Shown here: positions 34,558-52,445 of the stretch, one piece after another
Numbering within the stretch: position 1 is the first letter of the stretch
Layout of the letters: each line of letters opens with the position of its first letter
Source: Macrostomum lignano
Taxonomy: Eukaryota
Direction of reading: 5' to 3'
Assembly: GCA_002269645.1 (NCBI GenBank)
Contig: NIVC01003586.1
Location: forward strand, 1-64,000
DNA length: 64,000 nucleotides
The notes under the pieces: model-generated
What the model was told of the DNA's origin: nothing
Seen by the model: the letters and a program-made list of their open reading frames with translations, nothing else
Databases searched by the model: none
Program-made: the position numbers and the translations under genes

Positions 34558-35830
34558 TGGCGTTTTCAAAATGCCAGAACCGAAAATTCCAAATCTGAAA
34601 TGGTTTCAATTATAGCTTTTCTAATATGCAAATATGCTGCATAAAGCTGAAAAACCTGTGCACTGGTAGATCTTGATTAGGCACAGATTGAGAAACTGTT
34701 TGATGGAGGCCAAGCTTAAACTAAACACAGCCCTTCAAAAATCAAATCCTTTCCAAAATTTGAAAAAAAACTTTAAATCTGGCACTGTCTGTGATTGTCT
34801 GATATAACTGTCTAAATAAGTTATATAGCCAGTGCTACTATATAGGCTACATTTTAAATGTGGCTGTTTTGGGACAATCCATATTTCTACATTTATACCA
34901 TTTCTTTATCATTTATATAGACTTTGTATTGTATTGTATAAAAGCTAGTGCTAGTGTTTTGCATTTTTTATCTAAAATTTAATTAAAAAATTCATTGAAA
35001 ATAAATTTTGAGAAATACAATAGATTTTTAGAAAAATATAAATAAGCAAAAATAAATAGTGCTAGCAATTGTTTTGACATGTTTTGTTTAAACTACTAAA
35101 TTATGTGGCATTACCACATTGAAATAACAAAAAATTGTACTTTAAATATTAGCTGGCAAATAATGGATTAATGGTTCAACAATTATCTTTCTATTATATA
35201 TAGTAGAGAATAAATATAGTAATGCAATATACTCTAATATAAATTTTAGCAAAATTAAAATTCAACTACATTTAGGCCTATAATCTTGTAGCTTCATTGT
35301 CTATAAAAAATTCAAAGTTATCCTTAGTAAAACTAAATGGCCCATAACTAGCAATGTAGCCTTTAGCTTAGCTGGCTTTAGAGCAATTGAAAATTATACA
35401 AAGAGGAAAGAATAAAGAAAAAGTGATAGTCATTTACCATTTAAAAACTTTTTCCAATAAGGCTAATCCATGCTAGACGCTATCTGCAATAATGGCTATT
35501 GGCTGCAATAGGGCTATGGAACATGACAATATTCCTAGATAACTAGGTTATATCTCTATACAATGATTTGAACTATCAGTTAGCATAGACAATAGAAACT
35601 TAATTTGGTTAAGATTTTTATATGCACTACATAGTAGTATGTGCTCAATTCTTTTAGCATGTACCATTATTAGAATCACTATGCTTTATAGTTGCATTAA
35701 AACATGATATATATACATATATGCACAATACCTAACTGACCTAGCTAGCTCGTAATCTTGCTATCTGACAAGGGGCCCAGACAATTGACAAAGTAAGTGA
35801 TTAAAATGCCCACCTGAAAAAATAGATAGT

Positions 35831-35891
35831 ACTAATTAGATGATAAAGCATTTAACTTTAATAATAGTCATAGTTTTTTTATCATTTATCC
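35831..35891 (-). other. Degenerate 28S-rDNA-like segment (copy 1) within a dispersed repeat
   Basis: actaattagatga..gcattt..agtcatagtt; flanks similar to 42320-42520. Confidence 0.5.
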
Positions 35892-36149
35892 TAATGACAA
35901 ATGTAATGTTATTTTTGCTTAGGTTTCTTTTATAGGTAAATCACAATTTGGTCAAAAAATAAGTTGCACAACCAGTGTAAATCAGGGGGTCATATATATA
36001 TGCATGAATATATTTCCAATTTCAAAATTTTACTTAGTTAATAATTATGACTTACTTACTTACTACTACTTACTACTGACGGGGGGCGCAGGCGCCGCGA
36101 ATAGGCCGCGAGGCCCCTATCGCAACCCCAAGGTAAAAGAGCACAAGGA

Positions 36150-41029
<4,880 letters not shown>

Positions 41030-42357
41030 TTATCCCAGGATTGCTCCCAGGCGAGGCTCCGGCAGGCCCCCGGTCCACACTCTGCAAGATCAGGGGGCGG
41101 GAGGCCGGCTGCGGGCTTGGGACACAGGCGCCAGGTCGAGTTGACAGCCGACGCCCGAGCCCTCCCCCACAAGAGCGGCCCTCGAGAACCCGTGTGGTAC
41201 CAGTTGCAACTAAGGGCTGTCGATGGGTAGTTGGCGCTTAGCCAGCAGCCAACTACTTAGCAGCCACCTGCCCCGCAAAAAAGCAGCAGGGGGGATCCGT
41301 CCCCCACCAGCAGACCAAGACGAGGAAGCTAGCCGCTTCCACGCCAGGCCAGAACGAAAAGGAGGGGGAAGAGCCTCCTCGAAAAACGAAAAGCTGGCGG
41401 ATGTCACAGAGTCCCTCGGTTTAAGTTGCCGTTTGCCCCCCATAATTATGACTTAGTTTTTTCCCCAAAAATTGCATATTACTTTGCTTGCCTCCAGTTG
41501 CAACTTAAGTTCATCTAGTTGCAACTTAGTTGCTTCTAGTTGTGATATAGTCTTTTTGTTTTTCTTTTCTTTTTTTGATTTTTCTTCTTTCCTCTTCTTT
41601 TTTATTTTTTTCTACTTTTTTTCTTTCTTCCTCTCTTTTCGTCTATTTCCTCTATTCCTCTATTTCCTCTATAAGTGGACAAAAGGCATCCAACCTTCCA
41701 TTGTAATTTTGTAACTTTTTGGTATTGCATTATAGTTTTGGATAAATGGCAAGAGTAACTAACTGTCTCATTAAGACTAAATGACTAATCAGCTAATTAG
41801 TACTATACCTATATTACTATGTTAACATGTTCTATGTTGCATCTTTTAGATAGGCCTACTTAATTTTTAGCTTTAATATAATTTATAATATTATTTAGGT
41901 CAAATAGAAATAATTTTATATAATAAAATACTACATGGGAGAATAGCAATTTGTTATTTTTTATTAGTAAACAGTGCAATCTGTTTAAATAAACATTTAT
42001 TGTTAGCATATTGTGACTATACTTCTTAGAACATGATTCACCTGTTCTTCACACTGTAGCCTATTTATTGTATATATTCTTAATTTAAAGAAGTACACAA
42101 AAAAATAAATGCACAAAAATATATAAGCTTCTCTTGAAATGAACTGCAAATTTTATTTCTACAACTACAAGGTTCAATCAAGCACACTACTCAAACAAAC
42201 TTGCTGTCTGTGTCTAACCTTACCACACCCTACCCTACCCTCTTCCGCATAATACCATTGACCATAAATGCGCAACTGCTGGCCGATCTGGCCACCGTAA
42301 ATTGTGGTGGACCAGGGGTAAGTCGCAAAAATGCCCAGCCTAAAGAATAGACGTATT

Positions 42358-42421
42358 ACTAATTAGATGACGAGGCATTCAGCCCTAATAAGACAGTTAT
42401 AGTTACTCCTGCCGTTTACCC
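42358..42421 (-). other. 28S-rDNA-like segment (copy 2) spanning the R2/I-PpoI site
   Basis: 54/64 identity to the recalled conserved LSU sequence gggtaaacggcgggagtaactatgactctcttaaggtagccaaatgcctcgtcatctaattagt. Confidence 0.75.
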
Positions 42422-43767
42422 AAAATTGCGTTAGGTTTTTTTTTACAGGTAAGTCGCATTTTTGTTAAAAAAGTAAGTCGCATGGGCATGGCCAGTGTAA
42501 ATCAGGGGGGTTGCGCAATGCGCATGCATGCCATTGACATTAGGGCCAAATAACTGTTCTGCTAAAAATCACTAACTCACTTTACTTTTTTATTCAAAAC
42601 TGTACCAACCCACCCTTGTTACTGTTGTCTTCACTGCTTTAAAACATAATACTTACTAGAGCCTATTACTATTACTAGGAGACTAGAGTAGGCCCTAGGA
42701 CTGCATCATTGTGTCAAGAAGAGAAAAGCTTTTCACTGAAGTGAAATGACTGGTTGCCACTTAGTTAGGCCTTACAATATTAGCTGTAGTATAAGTTTGA
42801 CTTAGTGGAAAGGCCAGGGGCCGGGCCAATAAACTAACCCAACTGCGAACGGCTATCTTCTAGTTTCGTTCGTTTAATTCCAACACCCACCCCCCACCAC
42901 CCTTGAATAGAGGGCGAAATAATTCCGGAAATAATTAAACGAACAAAACGAACGAACGAACGAACATACGCAGTTTAAAGGTTCTTAAAATCTAAAATCT
43001 AAAATTTTTATTACTTTTTTTAAATATAAAATATTTTTTTAAGAATATAAGAGTATTTAACATATGAAATATATATTACTTGTAACCGTGCAGCTGTCAA
43101 TAAGACATTGTTATAACTGTTAAGGTAAATATGTCTGTTTTTAAATCTTGTTTTCTTTTGCTTTCTACGATGTGACTGTCATAAATTAATAAGAATCGCG
43201 GTCGTTCGACGTTCTTGAAGTAAGGTTTGGACTATAAACACAATGGCTGCATTTAAATATCTCAGTTAGTTAACTGTGATTCAAAAATTAATATGGTAAA
43301 GCCCAGACATGGATGTTTGATTCTAAAAAAAGTGGTGTGTGTCAATGCTTTGTCAGTATAGGCCCTATCTATAGTGTATATTATTAACAATAATATCAGT
43401 AAATGTACTGGATTTTCATAGCAAATGTGGAAAAGCATTGCAATGTCAATTTAACATTTTAAATATCATTTATCTTGATTCTTGTCAATGATTTTTGGGC
43501 AATAGCTTGTAAAATGAAATGAATAGCCAAAGTCTCCCACGAAGACCATAATTTGAATTTTCAATCAAGAGGTGCTGAATCAGAGTGGCCAACTCTTATG
43601 AGCAATGCGACAATTTATTATATATTAGTTAATATTGCATAAGCAATAAAACAAAATATGTTATAAACAAGTTTTGAAAACTTATATAAATAATAAATAC
43701 AATAAAAAGTACAGTACAATATTAAATAGAATACAAATTATACAAATAATGCAATGTGAAAAAAGTA

Positions 43768-44294
43768 CCATAGTCAGGAAGGTGGCACAGTGTGCGCCGG
43801 AATAATTTTTTTGGGACGATATGTGCTCCGTCTATGCGCCATTTGTGCACTGTCTGTGCACCGTCTGTGCGCCACTCTTCACAAGTAGAGTTTTCTAAGA
43901 AAGGCCTTTGTACGAAAAGCCTTTTTAAAATGTTATGCATATTTTCATTTTAAACAAACTTAAATTATACCTACGAATAGAGTAATGCAAAATTGACGTT
44001 TTTAGCAATAGTTTATACTAATTTTATTTACTGTTAATTTTAAAGAAGCAAAAAGTTTATTACTGACTTTCTAGACTATATAAATCTCCTTTATTTTATA
44101 TAAAATTGTTAATTTTCATTATAATTTTCATGCATGTCAGGGACCTTATGCGCTGCAATTATGCGCCGCATGCGCTAGGGACCTCAGTGTGCGCCAAGTG
44201 CGCCAACGACCCCTTGTGTGCGCCGCACTTGTGTGCTGAGACCCTTTGTGTGCGCGGGAATTTTCCCCCTCAGAGGCAACCTTCCTGACTATGG
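43768..44294. mobile_element. Second family B non-autonomous DNA transposon
   Basis: ccatagtcaggaagg..ccttcctgactatgg TIR; 8-bp TSD AAAAAGTA (43760-43767, 44295-44302). Confidence 0.88.
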
Positions 44295-46630
44295 AAAAAG
44301 TACAAAATATAATTACTTTTATAAGATATCTTATAAGCCATGTCAGTGCTTAGCCTTAGGCCTTTAAATTTTGTGCTTAGATCTACCCTATAGTTAGGAT
44401 AGTACAACATGGTATGCTAGAAAAATGCCTCTTTTTATGTTATAACAAATATATGCCACTTTTATATTGTTAAAAATATAAACAATAAAGGACCTTTTTT
44501 GCAGTTGTCAAATTTTTTAACAAGAAAAATATGACTAGGCTTAAAGAAAAGTTAAATAAACCCATTTGTGCGTGCACTGCGCTTTAGAAAAATTTCAAAA
44601 GTCCATCCGCAGTTTTACAACTTTTTCCTATAGGAAAGAGGCTTGCAAGTTTATTCATTGAATTTCATTGCTCAGCTAATACATAGGGCTACATATTGAA
44701 AGGCGCCAATAATAAAACCTATTGAATCTCAACAGAGTCCTATCTATCTTTTCACACTACAACTGCTATGTACACTTTGCCCAAGCCCAACCCCCTGTTC
44801 CGAGGGAATCATTAAATTTAATTGCAGCCCCCAACACAGGGGGGTTATTTGCCTTGAACCTGGAACATGTGCACCCACCCCCAATACATAGCAACTTGCA
44901 GGTGGAGGTTGGGATGGCTTTTTTTATAAACCAACTGCAACCCTTCCACTGGAAAGACAGAAGGGCCAAAGAAGGTTAAAAGCAGTTTTCTACTTTTTTA
45001 GGGATGTTAAAATGTAAAAATTAAAAATTAAAACAGCCTAAAGCCTGATCTGGAAAATTTGCAGTTTTCCCATAAGATTCAATGCTGATTTGGCAGTATT
45101 GTAGGAGTTCACTTGCAACAGACAAACATTGAATCAGTTTTAGTATATTGAAGCTTAGAGCCTATATCTATAAAAATACTGCTTGTTTTGTTAATAAAAA
45201 GCTAAAAGAGTTCTTCAAAACTTTTATAATGCATGTATTTTTTAAAGAGAAAATTTCTTGCAATGTGTAACTTGTGTATTTGTCAAACTTTTAAGTTTTA
45301 GTAAGCATAAATTAGTGTGCCAAAAATTTACTTGAGATCAAAATGGTAGGCCTATGCCAAAATAGCTAAACTATTCATTACATTAGTATGCTAGATATTT
45401 TTGGCATGCATATAACTTTCAAAGTATGGGACTTGCCTTATAGTTTTTTGTTAAGCCTATAAGTATAGTTATGCTAAAAATCACTAGAAAAGACATTTTT
45501 ATTTAAGATATATAAGTTTCTCTTTACAAAAAGAAAAAAAAACATTCTATTTAAAACAAGCTATAATAGTAGATCTAAGGTCCAATTTCAAAATAGGATT
45601 TAAAAAGTCAAGATGCTATAGTTTTCCTATTGTGCAGAAAATCCTAGACTAAAGGACTTATTGTTATTAAAAACATATGCTGTGTTATAACACTATGTTG
45701 ATTTAGATTTACCTTAATATATTGTCTATAAATATCTAAAAATATTCTAATAATAGAGATATGCCCAACCATTAAGCTATTAATTTTTTAACAAATTAGT
45801 TAAACTTCAACTTAAGTATAGGTAATAAATTATAATGAAAGCCTTTTGACAATTGCTTTAAACAATTATTTTAAACCAATAATTATCTAGTTCCAAATAT
45901 CTAGCTCGTACTAATAAGCTTCAATCTTTGCAATGTCTATGACGTTGAAGTCTAGGCCATTATCTTATAGGACTAATAGCTGATTATTATACTTGTGTTC
46001 AATTTTAAGAACTTGAAAAATTCTATATTATTGTCACCTTAAACTTAAAGAATTTGTCATATCTTTTGACTAAACTTGATAAAAATTAAGATTTTATTGT
46101 AATTTTGGGTGATTTGCAAAAAAGTTGCATGATCAGTGTGATTTTAAAGGTTGCAAATGTATGGTCATACTGCCTACATAACCATATGACAAGTGTTTCT
46201 AATTAATAATTGATATAATCCCTTATCAATCAAATTCAGTATTATTTCTTTTATAATTGGATGATTTGAGATTAAAAGCAATGAGATGGGATTGAAACTT
46301 TTATTAAGGTGGATAAAATGGTTAGATAGTAAGATAAAGAATGATTTAAATCAATTCATTAGATTTTAAGACTATAGATAAGGAATCCTGAAATTACACA
46401 GGTCCTTTTAAGTCCCAAAAATTTTGACTATTGAGAGTATTGGCATTTTAAAGTCTTATCAACCATAATTTATTTAAAAATAGAATAATAGAAAAGTGTT
46501 GATTATTTTATTCACCATTACTTGTCATGACACACAGCTGCTGATACTACCAGAACTAAATGTTAAAACTTTCTGAATAGCTGTTTAGTTGCTCCAATTG
46601 CAGTCGCCAACTCACGCAGACACGGACGCA

Positions 46631-46939
46631 ATGTCCTCAGATGTCGAGAACCGGCAGCCGACTGCTAAGCTGGCCGAGATTGGCGACATCTTCAGTCGGA
46701 AACTGCACAGCTTCAATCCGGACAACTACAATATCTATCATTTCGAGGAGCTGACCATATCCGGCCGGAAGTACCTGTTCCGGCCATCTGTGCGCAACGA
46801 CATGCTGACTGTTGTGCTGAAATACCGCGACCGCATGTGCCTGCTTGTGTCCATGCCCTGCCCTAGTGGAGACCCGGCCGCTAGGATACACGAGATTCAC
46901 CAGTATGTTATGCAGTCAGAGTCTGCGGCTGGTGTGTGA
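46631..46939 (+). CDS. Small protein of unknown function (102 aa), paralogue of 49031-50137
   Basis: ATG after a splice acceptor; shares NIYHFEE..I.GRKYL.RPS..SMPC with the downstream ORF. Confidence 0.75.
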   Translation: MSSDVENRQPTAKLAEIGDIFSRKLHSFNPDNYNIYHFEELTISGRKYLFRPSVRNDMLTVVLKYRDRMCLLVSMPCPSGDPAARIHEIHQYVMQSESAAGV

Positions 46940-48317
46940 GCTTTTCTTATATGCAGCCTCAATATCACAAGGCAGTGTTTTGTCTGTTCAAAGACTTGGC
47001 TGTACGAGGGGTATTTCAAAATTAAGGAGAATTCTTCCATAGCTTTTGATTGGGTATGCTGTCCATATTTGCACAATGCGCTAGGTGAAAAATTTCACGT
47101 TAATAAATTGACCCATTTCAAAATATTAGGATTTTAGGCATTTAAAAAATATATTTTTAAGTATAAATAGTATAAAAGAATAAAAGCTATCTACAGGAAT
47201 ACTACTGACAAGAGTTGAATTTAGTAGTATTATGGGACATAAACAATAATATCAATAGCGAGTGACTTGCAAAGATAATATCTGTTAGATAAAGACCTCT
47301 TAGGACAGTAAATCGTGAAAAGACTACTACTAACTGGAGTTTTATTCAGTAGTATATTTCTCGCTGTCACCTTGAGTCAAAACGAGACAAAACGCAATGA
47401 TTTATTTACACTGGCTTCTATGACCGCATAAGAAAGTAATGTCTTAATGTGTAAGGCAATCTTGTAATGAGCTTCAATTTTATTGACTAGGCTGGTCACT
47501 GCTTGCTAGAAAATCTCCATATTCTTTCGTTTGTATCTACATATTAAGTATGCGCTTGCTCATAGTGTACGCGAAGACGATACCTTAGTTAAACGATTTG
47601 TCCTTCATTTGACCTTGTTTATTTCGATTTCAAGAACGCTTTACTAATGTGTGTTAATATTAATATTTTTATTTGTTGTTTTGACCCACCTTGTGTGCCC
47701 ACCTCAGCCTCAACTAAAGCTGCAGTCCTTAATTTCTGTCACTGCCTACTGTTCTCTCAGTAGTTTGCGCGCTTTTTATTCGACAATTGTTTTTACAAAG
47801 AACACCCCGAACAAAATGCGTTAACTTTGTCAAATAACACCGGTATTTGCAATTGTTCCTGCTCGTATATAATACATTTTAAAAATATATTTTTTATGCA
47901 TGCCAATTTTAATTGTAAGATTTAATGACGATTTTTATTTAGGTTTTTCGTATTCATTTTACTGCGCTTAATACTTGCGCTGCGGCACATATGGCGCGCA
48001 TGATTTACTTGCATCTCTACTGTAAGTAGAGCAGTCTGCGTGTTCTTTCCGTATCTTTATAGCACTGTAATTGGCAGTGCGCCTGCAAATGCCTGCTCTT
48101 TCCCATTCTCGTTGCTATTTAATATTGTCACTGATGACTGGTATAACGCAATTAATAAATACATTTAGTCGCTTACACAGTTCAGTCATAAATATCAATA
48201 TGTTTTACTGCTTCTTTTTTCCATTAATGCACAACTGCATTAGAATTTTTATTCATAGCCAAGTTACACATTATACATAGTCATATATGAATTTTACCAA
48301 TGCCAAGTACTAGCTCA

Positions 48318-48880
48318 TCCACAGCCATAGTGAGAGTTTATCCACAGTTATAGTGAGTTTATCCACAGCCATAGTGAGAGTTTATCCACACTTATAGTGA
48401 GAGTTTATCCACAGGCCACAGCCATAGTGAGATTTTATCCACAGGCCACAGCCATAGTGAGATTTTATCCACAGCCATGGTGAGAGTTTATCCACAGGCC
48501 ACAGCCATAGTGAGATTTTATCCACAGCCATGGTGAGAGTTTATCCACAGGCCACAGCCATAGTGAGATTTTATCCACAGCCATAGTGAGAGTTTATCCA
48601 CAGCCATAGTGAGAGTTCATCCACAACCATAGTGAGAGTTTATCCACAGCCATAGTGAGAGTTCATCCACAACCATAGTGAGAGTTCATCCACAGCCATA
48701 GTGAGAGTTCATCCACAACCATAGTGAGAGTTCATCCACAGCCATAGTGAGAGTTCATCCACAACCATAGTGACAGTTTATCCACAGCCAGAATGAGAGT
48801 TTATCCACAGACATAGTGAGAGTTCATCCACAGCCATAGTGAGAGTTTATCCACAGCCATAGTGAGAGTTTATCCACAGC
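48318..48880. repeat. About 21-bp minisatellite (atccacagccatagtgagagttt)
   Basis: Direct observation. Confidence 0.95.
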
Positions 48881-49030
48881 TACAATGAGTGACAGTCTGA
48901 ATGACTTGGAACTTTAACCTTAACCCAGACATCATTTTAAACAGCACCAATAAATGATAAATTAACGTTCATGCCTTTAACTCCCAGCGTCACCTGTTGA
49001 GCGAGAGACATCGTCGCTGCCCTGTCAACA

Positions 49031-50137
49031 ATGGCAACGCCAGCCAAGCAGAGCAAGCTAAGCTTAGCGGAGCTGTTTTCTAAAAAGTTTCACTCCATCA
49101 ACTTGAGCAACTTCAACATTTATCACTTTGAAGAGCACGCCATCGACGGTAGGAAATACCTGTACAGGCCGTCCGCTGACAACAGCCTGGTGCACATCGT
49201 GGCGCCGTTCCGCGAGGCCCACTGCTTCTTATCCTCGATGCCGTGCCAGCCAGATGATCCACTTGGCCAGGTGCGCTCGGTGCACCAATTCATTGTGCGA
49301 TTGGAGAGCGGCGAGGTCAGCTTTGAGGAGACCAAATGCGGGGGCCTGGCTAAACTGGTTGATCCGGCTGCGACTGGCGCCAAATCTGCGCCGAAATCCA
49401 CGGCGCCACCGGGTAAGGCGACGTCGGCGGCGGCAGCGAAACCGGCTACGTCAGCAGCGGCGGCGGCAACGAAGGCCGAGACGACGGCGGCAACAAATTC
49501 CAAGACAGCAAGCTCGGCAGCCGTTGCAGTGGAAGCAGAAGACGAGAAGAACAAGAAGAAACCGGCAGCGCCGGCCAAGGACAACAAAGACAAGGACGGC
49601 AGCAGCGCGAAGGCGGGAGATTCTAGCGAAACGGCTGCGGCAGCGCCAGCTGAAGCACCGGCCAAACCTGCGGACTCGGCGAAGCCACGCGACGAAAAAG
49701 TCGTCAAGGATAAGTCGCCGACTCCGCCGCCACAGTCGCAGCCGAAGGCCGCTGACGGAACCCAGGAGGAGAAGCAGGCGAAGGAAGAGACTGCGGCGTC
49801 AGCTTCCACTGCCGACAAGCCCGACGGTACCGCCGACAAGGAGGACAAGACTCCTCCCAGGGCCGGCAAGGATGCGGAGTCGCAGTCGGGCAGCGCCGAA
49901 GGCGACAGCAAAACCGCGGCTCCCACGACGGTGGCAGCCGAAGACAACGCTGAAGGTGACGAGCTGGCGGGCTCGAATGCGACGGATTCAAAGCCGGAGG
50001 TTGCTGCAGCCGACGGCAAGGCCGAGGAGGACAAGTCGGCAACGGAGGCAGAGCCGGCGGCGGCCGCAGAATCGGCGCCTGCAGTTGCCGTTAGCAACGG
50101 CGGCGGTGGAAAAAGCGGCGGCGAAGACGCTTCCTAG
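49031..50137 (+). CDS. Unknown-domain protein with long Ala/Lys/Glu/Asp low-complexity tail (368 aa)
   Basis: Long ORF with coding-like composition; in-frame stop upstream of the ATG; N-terminal domain paralogous to 46631-46939. Confidence 0.85.
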   Translation: MATPAKQSKLSLAELFSKKFHSINLSNFNIYHFEEHAIDGRKYLYRPSADNSLVHIVAPFREAHCFLSSMPCQPDDPLGQVRSVHQFIVRLESGEVSFEETKCGGLAKLVDPAATGAKSAPKSTAPPGKATSAAAAKPATSAAAAATKAETTAATNSKTASSAAVAVEAEDEKNKKKPAAPAKDNKDKDGSSAKAGDSSETAAAAPAEAPAKPADSAKPRDEKVVKDKSPTPPPQSQPKAADGTQEEKQAKEETAASASTADKPDGTADKEDKTPPRAGKDAESQSGSAEGDSKTAAPTTVAAEDNAEGDELAGSNATDSKPEVAAADGKAEEDKSATEAEPAAAAESAPAVAVSNGGGGKSGGEDAS

Positions 50138-51582
50138 CCTGAATATGTCTGTAGGAATTTCCACAGATATGATAATAACTAGATTGGCTATTTACATGTA
50201 TAGCAGTTTACCTACTGTCAATTCAGTAGCAAGGAAGAGTTTGTAAGCTATTTTGTGAAAAGAAACAAAAAATGATTTTCCACGTAGGGGAATTGAAAGG
50301 CAACAAATGAACCTTGTCCTAAAAATACCAGTACATCAAAATGCTTGATTAAATCTTACTACTGAATTGAAAGTAGCTTACACGCAAATTTGCTGGGCGG
50401 TCTGTCTAGTTTATTATCATAGAATCTGTGAATGGCTTCGATTTATTTATTAATTTGCTAGTTTTTGTTATTTGATAAAGGCAGCGATTTACCGCGCATC
50501 TAGTTACAATATGCTATTTAATACTACTGTATCACATAACTGGCATCACCTGGGAGCTCTCGGTTTGTTGCTGATTGTGTAACCGAATTTTTACCTGTGT
50601 TTTTTCTGTTTTTGTTTTCACTTGTTTTTACGTTTTGACTCTTGCAGGATTAAGGCGGATTTAACTAGCAGCTTGCAGGCTCTTCTGTTTATTGGATGTT
50701 TCTTAAGTTCTTGTCTTTAACTGCCTGTGCTGTGTTTTGCCGCACCTGTTAATTAGTTGAATTTGCTGCTGTGTTATATAATGCGGCTTATTTACATTAT
50801 CAATATTTACCTGTTGTAACATATAGGAGAGCAGCTGTACTATTGCGCACTATATAATACCTGAGCACCTGTTGATTGTCATATTTAATGCTTTGACCCT
50901 TCAAGTCCTACCGTATTAAACTGAAGCAATCCTAGCAGCTTGCAAAATGATTTGGCTGTCAATTGGCCATTGCTGCTAACATATGCCAGTAAAATTAATT
51001 CCATTATTTCATTGACATTTCTACCCCAGGGTCCTAGCACAGCCTACATGCACTCCACTTTGGCATCTGGGTCGGTTTTCAAATTTGTAAATTCGAAATT
51101 TTTCAGCATTAAAATATTTCTCCTGTTGTGCGTCCCCTGTTTCTATCCTAATTTAGACTTGGTTTCTCTTTGTAAATAAGATTCTACAATAAAATATGCT
51201 GTAATACAATAATTTTATACACTAATTTATTAATAAATTTCTAATAGTAACAGCAGCCCTGTTGCAATATTTATGTTAGCGATTGTACCAAAACTTCTGT
51301 GTATTATAACCTTACTGATTTTATATATAACAGTAAGTTGAAGCATTATTTGTAATATTACATAATTTCATACATAATAATAATAATCTGTTAATAATTG
51401 CCTGTTTTGTTCAGCGCAAAGCCTTGTAGAATTTCACTGCTGTTTGCATCCTATGGGCCACGAGAAACTTGCTGTTGCTTAAACTCTTTTTCCATCATTA
51501 TTGATCTCTTTGATGTGTGCTCTCTTGAGTCTACACCGATTGCCAGACGGCCATTTGCCAGCCAACATTTACCAGCTGTTTT

Positions 51583-51644
51583 GGGTAAACGGCAGGAGTA
51601 ACTACCCTTATTCAAATGGCGAGATGCCTCGGCAGCTAATTAGT
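51583..51644 (+). other. 28S-rDNA-like segment (copy 3)
   Basis: gggtaaacggcaggagtaacta[19 nt divergent]atgcctcggcagctaattagt. Confidence 0.7.
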
Positions 51645-51739
51645 ATTCTGTGAGCTTATAATTGAACCCTCTGTCAGCAAGACCTGCACGCAGTTCTTGA
51701 ATTTGGATTGTTTAATAAACTCTAAACACTATGTTAATT

Positions 51740-52035
51740 CCCCGGCATGCCAGTCATTGATTTATTGACTACAGCTGGAATAGCCGGTCAGCTGATCTGA
51801 TTGATTACTCATCTCATCTCTCATCGTTCATTGGTAAAATGGCCAACCAAGAAAAGACAGAGGGCTGGTCCAGAGAAGGAGTTCCGAGGCCTCCCCAGAA
51901 TTATAAACTCATTGATCAGATCGAGGGGTTTCAGGGGCTGCAGCGGCGCTTTTCCCATTTCTTTTCTGCTTGAAACCCGATCTGCCAAACTGGATGCCCT
52001 GTCGGTTTGTCAAATATTGATTGGCCATTTTTATT
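51740..52035 (+). pseudogene. Possible degenerate 3' fragment of an RNase H-type LINE
   Basis: GPEKEFRGLP..VCQILIGH loosely resembles the ORF2 C-terminal ..MCMVLTGH region. Confidence 0.3.
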
Positions 52036-52304
52036 ACTGCCTTGGCTGGAACTGCTAAATTAGCTTATGCAGTCTTGGCGTCACGAACTTGTAGGTAAAC
52101 AGTTGGGGAAATGCAAATAGGCAGCGGCTGTGAGGGAAAATTCTCCTTAGAACTGGAGATTCGTGCTTAAAACATGAGCACCTCAGAAAACTGTTTAAAA
52201 TAGCGATAACTTGAACTTGAGTAAAATTACTTCAGGGAATTAACTTATACAATCATTTTACTCTAATAGTAGGTAAACTACGCGTTTCTTATAAATTTTT
52301 TGGG

Positions 52305-52445
52305 AGGCCAAGGACTCACCCTCAATTACCCCAGCTAATGCTGGTGCCCATTTTACAGCTGGGTGAACTGAAGCAATGCAGAGTCAAGTGTCTTGCTTAA
52401 GACACAATTTGTTCCAGTGACACTAGGCTACAACCCCTAGGCTAG
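52305..52445 (-). mobile_element. Partial CORE-type SINE (family D)
   Basis: ccccagctaatgctgg..cccattttacagctgggtgaactgaagcaa..gtgtcttgct shared with 62050-62170. Confidence 0.75.

Noticed and set aside
42358-42421. Functional rRNA gene
   Set aside because: Only about 62 bp of similarity, with no flanking rDNA
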